Assembly (NCBI GenBank): GCA_032718475.1
Contig: JAUCBJ010007510.1
Coordinates: forward strand, 1 to 64,000
Direction: 5' to 3'
Length of the DNA: 64,000 nucleotides
DNA from: Nemertoderma westbladi
Lineage: Eukaryota > Animalia > Xenacoelomorpha
Part shown: in pieces, positions 62,086 to 64,000 of the stretch
Numbering within the stretch: the stretch's first letter is position 1
Layout: each line of letters starts with the position of its first letter
Position numbers and translations under genes: made by a program
The notes under the pieces: generated by a model
The model's input: only the letters and a program-made list of their open reading frames with translations
The model's database searches: none
What the model was told of the DNA's origin: nothing

Positions 62086-63737
62086 CTGTCTCTGGCTGGG
62101 GATATTGAGACCAACCCAGGACCCAGCAGGACGCGGGCCCCGAAGATCAACTGTCCCGTCTGTCAACGAGGAACAAACTCTCGGAGTAAGATCGTCCAAT
62201 GCGAGAGTTGTGACACATTTGTACATTTAAAATGTTACCGTAGGAAACGCAGTAATTTATTCTCCACCAGAAACAATCTTGAACCAAGTTTTCTCTGCAA
62301 TAGCTGTATTTTTACCGAACTTCCCTTTCATGATACAATTTTAGAATCAGAAACCGACGATTCATTTCTCACATCGCCTCTGCAAACTCCAAGTGATGCT
62401 GAGAGTGAAACTTTTAATTTTTTTAAGAAAAAAGGTCTGCATTTTTTGCACTTAAACGCACGATCTCTGCTTCCAAAACTTTCCGAAATTCGTATTTTAA
62501 TCAATAAATCCAACCCAGCAGTTTTAACAATCTCTGAAACTTGGCTCGATGATAGTGTTTCTGATGGAGAAATTTATATTGATAATTACGTAGTTTTACG
62601 TAAGGATAGGGACAGACACGGTGGTGGTGTCTGTACTTACATTCGATGTGATTTAGCTTTTAATCGTAGGGAAGATTTAGAGACTTGTGACGAAGTTTTA
62701 CTGGTGGAACTTTTACTTCCTAAAACTAAACCTATTTTAATCGGTACTTTATATCGGCCCCCTAAACAATCAGATTTTTTGCAAAATTTTGAAAATACAA
62801 TTTTATGTAATCTTAGGTCAGACTGTGAAATATATTTCTTAGGTGATTTTAATATCTGTTACCATCACAAAGCATCCCCCATCTGTAAACAGTACCAAAG
62901 TATTTTAAATTTGTTTGGTTTAAAACAAATTATTCGAGATTCTACCAGAATTACCAGTAAAACTTATACTTTACTAGATCACATCCTTTGTAATAATACC
63001 GATATTATTTCTCAATCTGGGGTTTTACCTATAGGTCTAAGCGATCATTTTATAGTTTTTTGCACAAGAAAGACACAAAAATCTTTTTTCGGGGATCATA
63101 AAACAGTAACAGTTAGGTCTATGAAAAATTACAGCAAGGAACGCTTTTTAAGTTTGTTAGTTAATTCTGACTGGGAACCCTGTTTTAAGGCCGCTGACAT
63201 TAACCTTGCGTACACTGTTTTTAAAGATATATTTTTAAAGGCACTTAATACTGTAGCACCAATTAAAGAAATTAGTCTTAAACAACGCACTGAGCCCTGG
63301 ATGACCTCGGGTATTCTTAGTAATATCAGAGAAAGAAAGAGATAACTATTTGTATAAATTTAGGAAATACCGTGTTTTAGCTGATTATAATAATTACTGC
63401 AAATATAGAAACCTTGTCCAACGGGAAATAAAAAAAGCTAAATCTGAATATTTGTACAACAAAATAAGTGAGAATAAAGATAATCCTAAAAGTCTATGGT
63501 CTACCCTAAAATCTTTAGGTTATAAAAACCTTAAATCTAAATCGAATATTGTTCTGCAAGATAACGGTGAGCTGATTCATGATCATACTCTAGTTAGTAA
63601 TTTATTTAATAATTATTTTACTAATGTTGCCTCTAATTTAGTTAAGAAATTACCGTTATCAAGTAATAAATATAGTATAGGGTCCGAAACTCTAAACAAT
63701 TTTTATTTAGAAAAGTTACAAAATTCAGAAAAGTTAT
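62086..63737 (+). mobile_element. Second, partial copy of the same LINE (equivalent to ~58529-60176), with a 4-bp AAAG duplication frameshift near 63335
   Basis: Near-identical to the first copy. It starts right after the (TCTA)n tail, and similarity stops at AAAGTTAT (63737). Confidence 0.92.
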
Positions 63738-64000
63738 ATTGGAAGAGACGGTAACAATACCTGCAATATCCTACTGTAAAGTTTGTAAATCAAATCATAA
63801 ATCCGACCTTCTCACCAAAACAGTAAACTCTAAGTAAGCGAATATATTGCAGTATCGATCTCTTATAACCGGTGAGGCAGAAAACAGTCTACGAGCAGAC
63901 AAACTTCGATAAAACAAAATCCCGCGCAGCGAATCCTAAAATCAGGCTGACTCACTGACGGACTAAGAGGCTCGTACACTTTGCCGCGGTGTGATTTATA

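Larger units (their letters stand above)
58130..62086 (+). mobile_element. CR1/L2-group (possibly Crack/Daphne-like) LINE with intact long ORF, 3' UTR, AATAAA and (TCTA)n tail
   Basis: Abrupt junction with element 5 at 58129/58130. ORF at 58259-61756. ATAAATAAA TCTATCTATCTATC at ~62064-62086. Confidence 0.9.

Overview
Eukaryotic repeat-rich DNA, probably from an invertebrate animal; no host gene is recognisable. Bases 1-13770 are a ~45-51 bp satellite with nested higher-order repeats. The rest is a nest of retroelements. It contains one decayed BEL/Pao element (gag-PR-RT-RH) and five copies of a non-autonomous LTR family. Three of those copies are complete, with TG..CA LTR pairs and 5-bp TSDs. 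The family carries a long BEL/Pao-type gag-protease ORF but no RT, RNase H or integrase. There is also a 5'-truncated RTE-type LINE and two tandem copies of a CR1/L2-group LINE encoding 2A-PHD-APE-RT. Two results stand out. (1) None of the four LTR variants has a tRNA primer-binding site. Instead, the 8-9 nt after each 5' LTR are complementary to a segment inside that element's own LTR, and the pair co-varies across all four variants. This suggests self-primed reverse transcription in a BEL/Pao-derived family. (2) Some copies carry a second ORF that resembles a WRN/EXD/Mut-7-type DEDDy 3'-5' exonuclease fused to three CCHC zinc knuckles. All calls were made by eye without database searches, so novelty is unverified.
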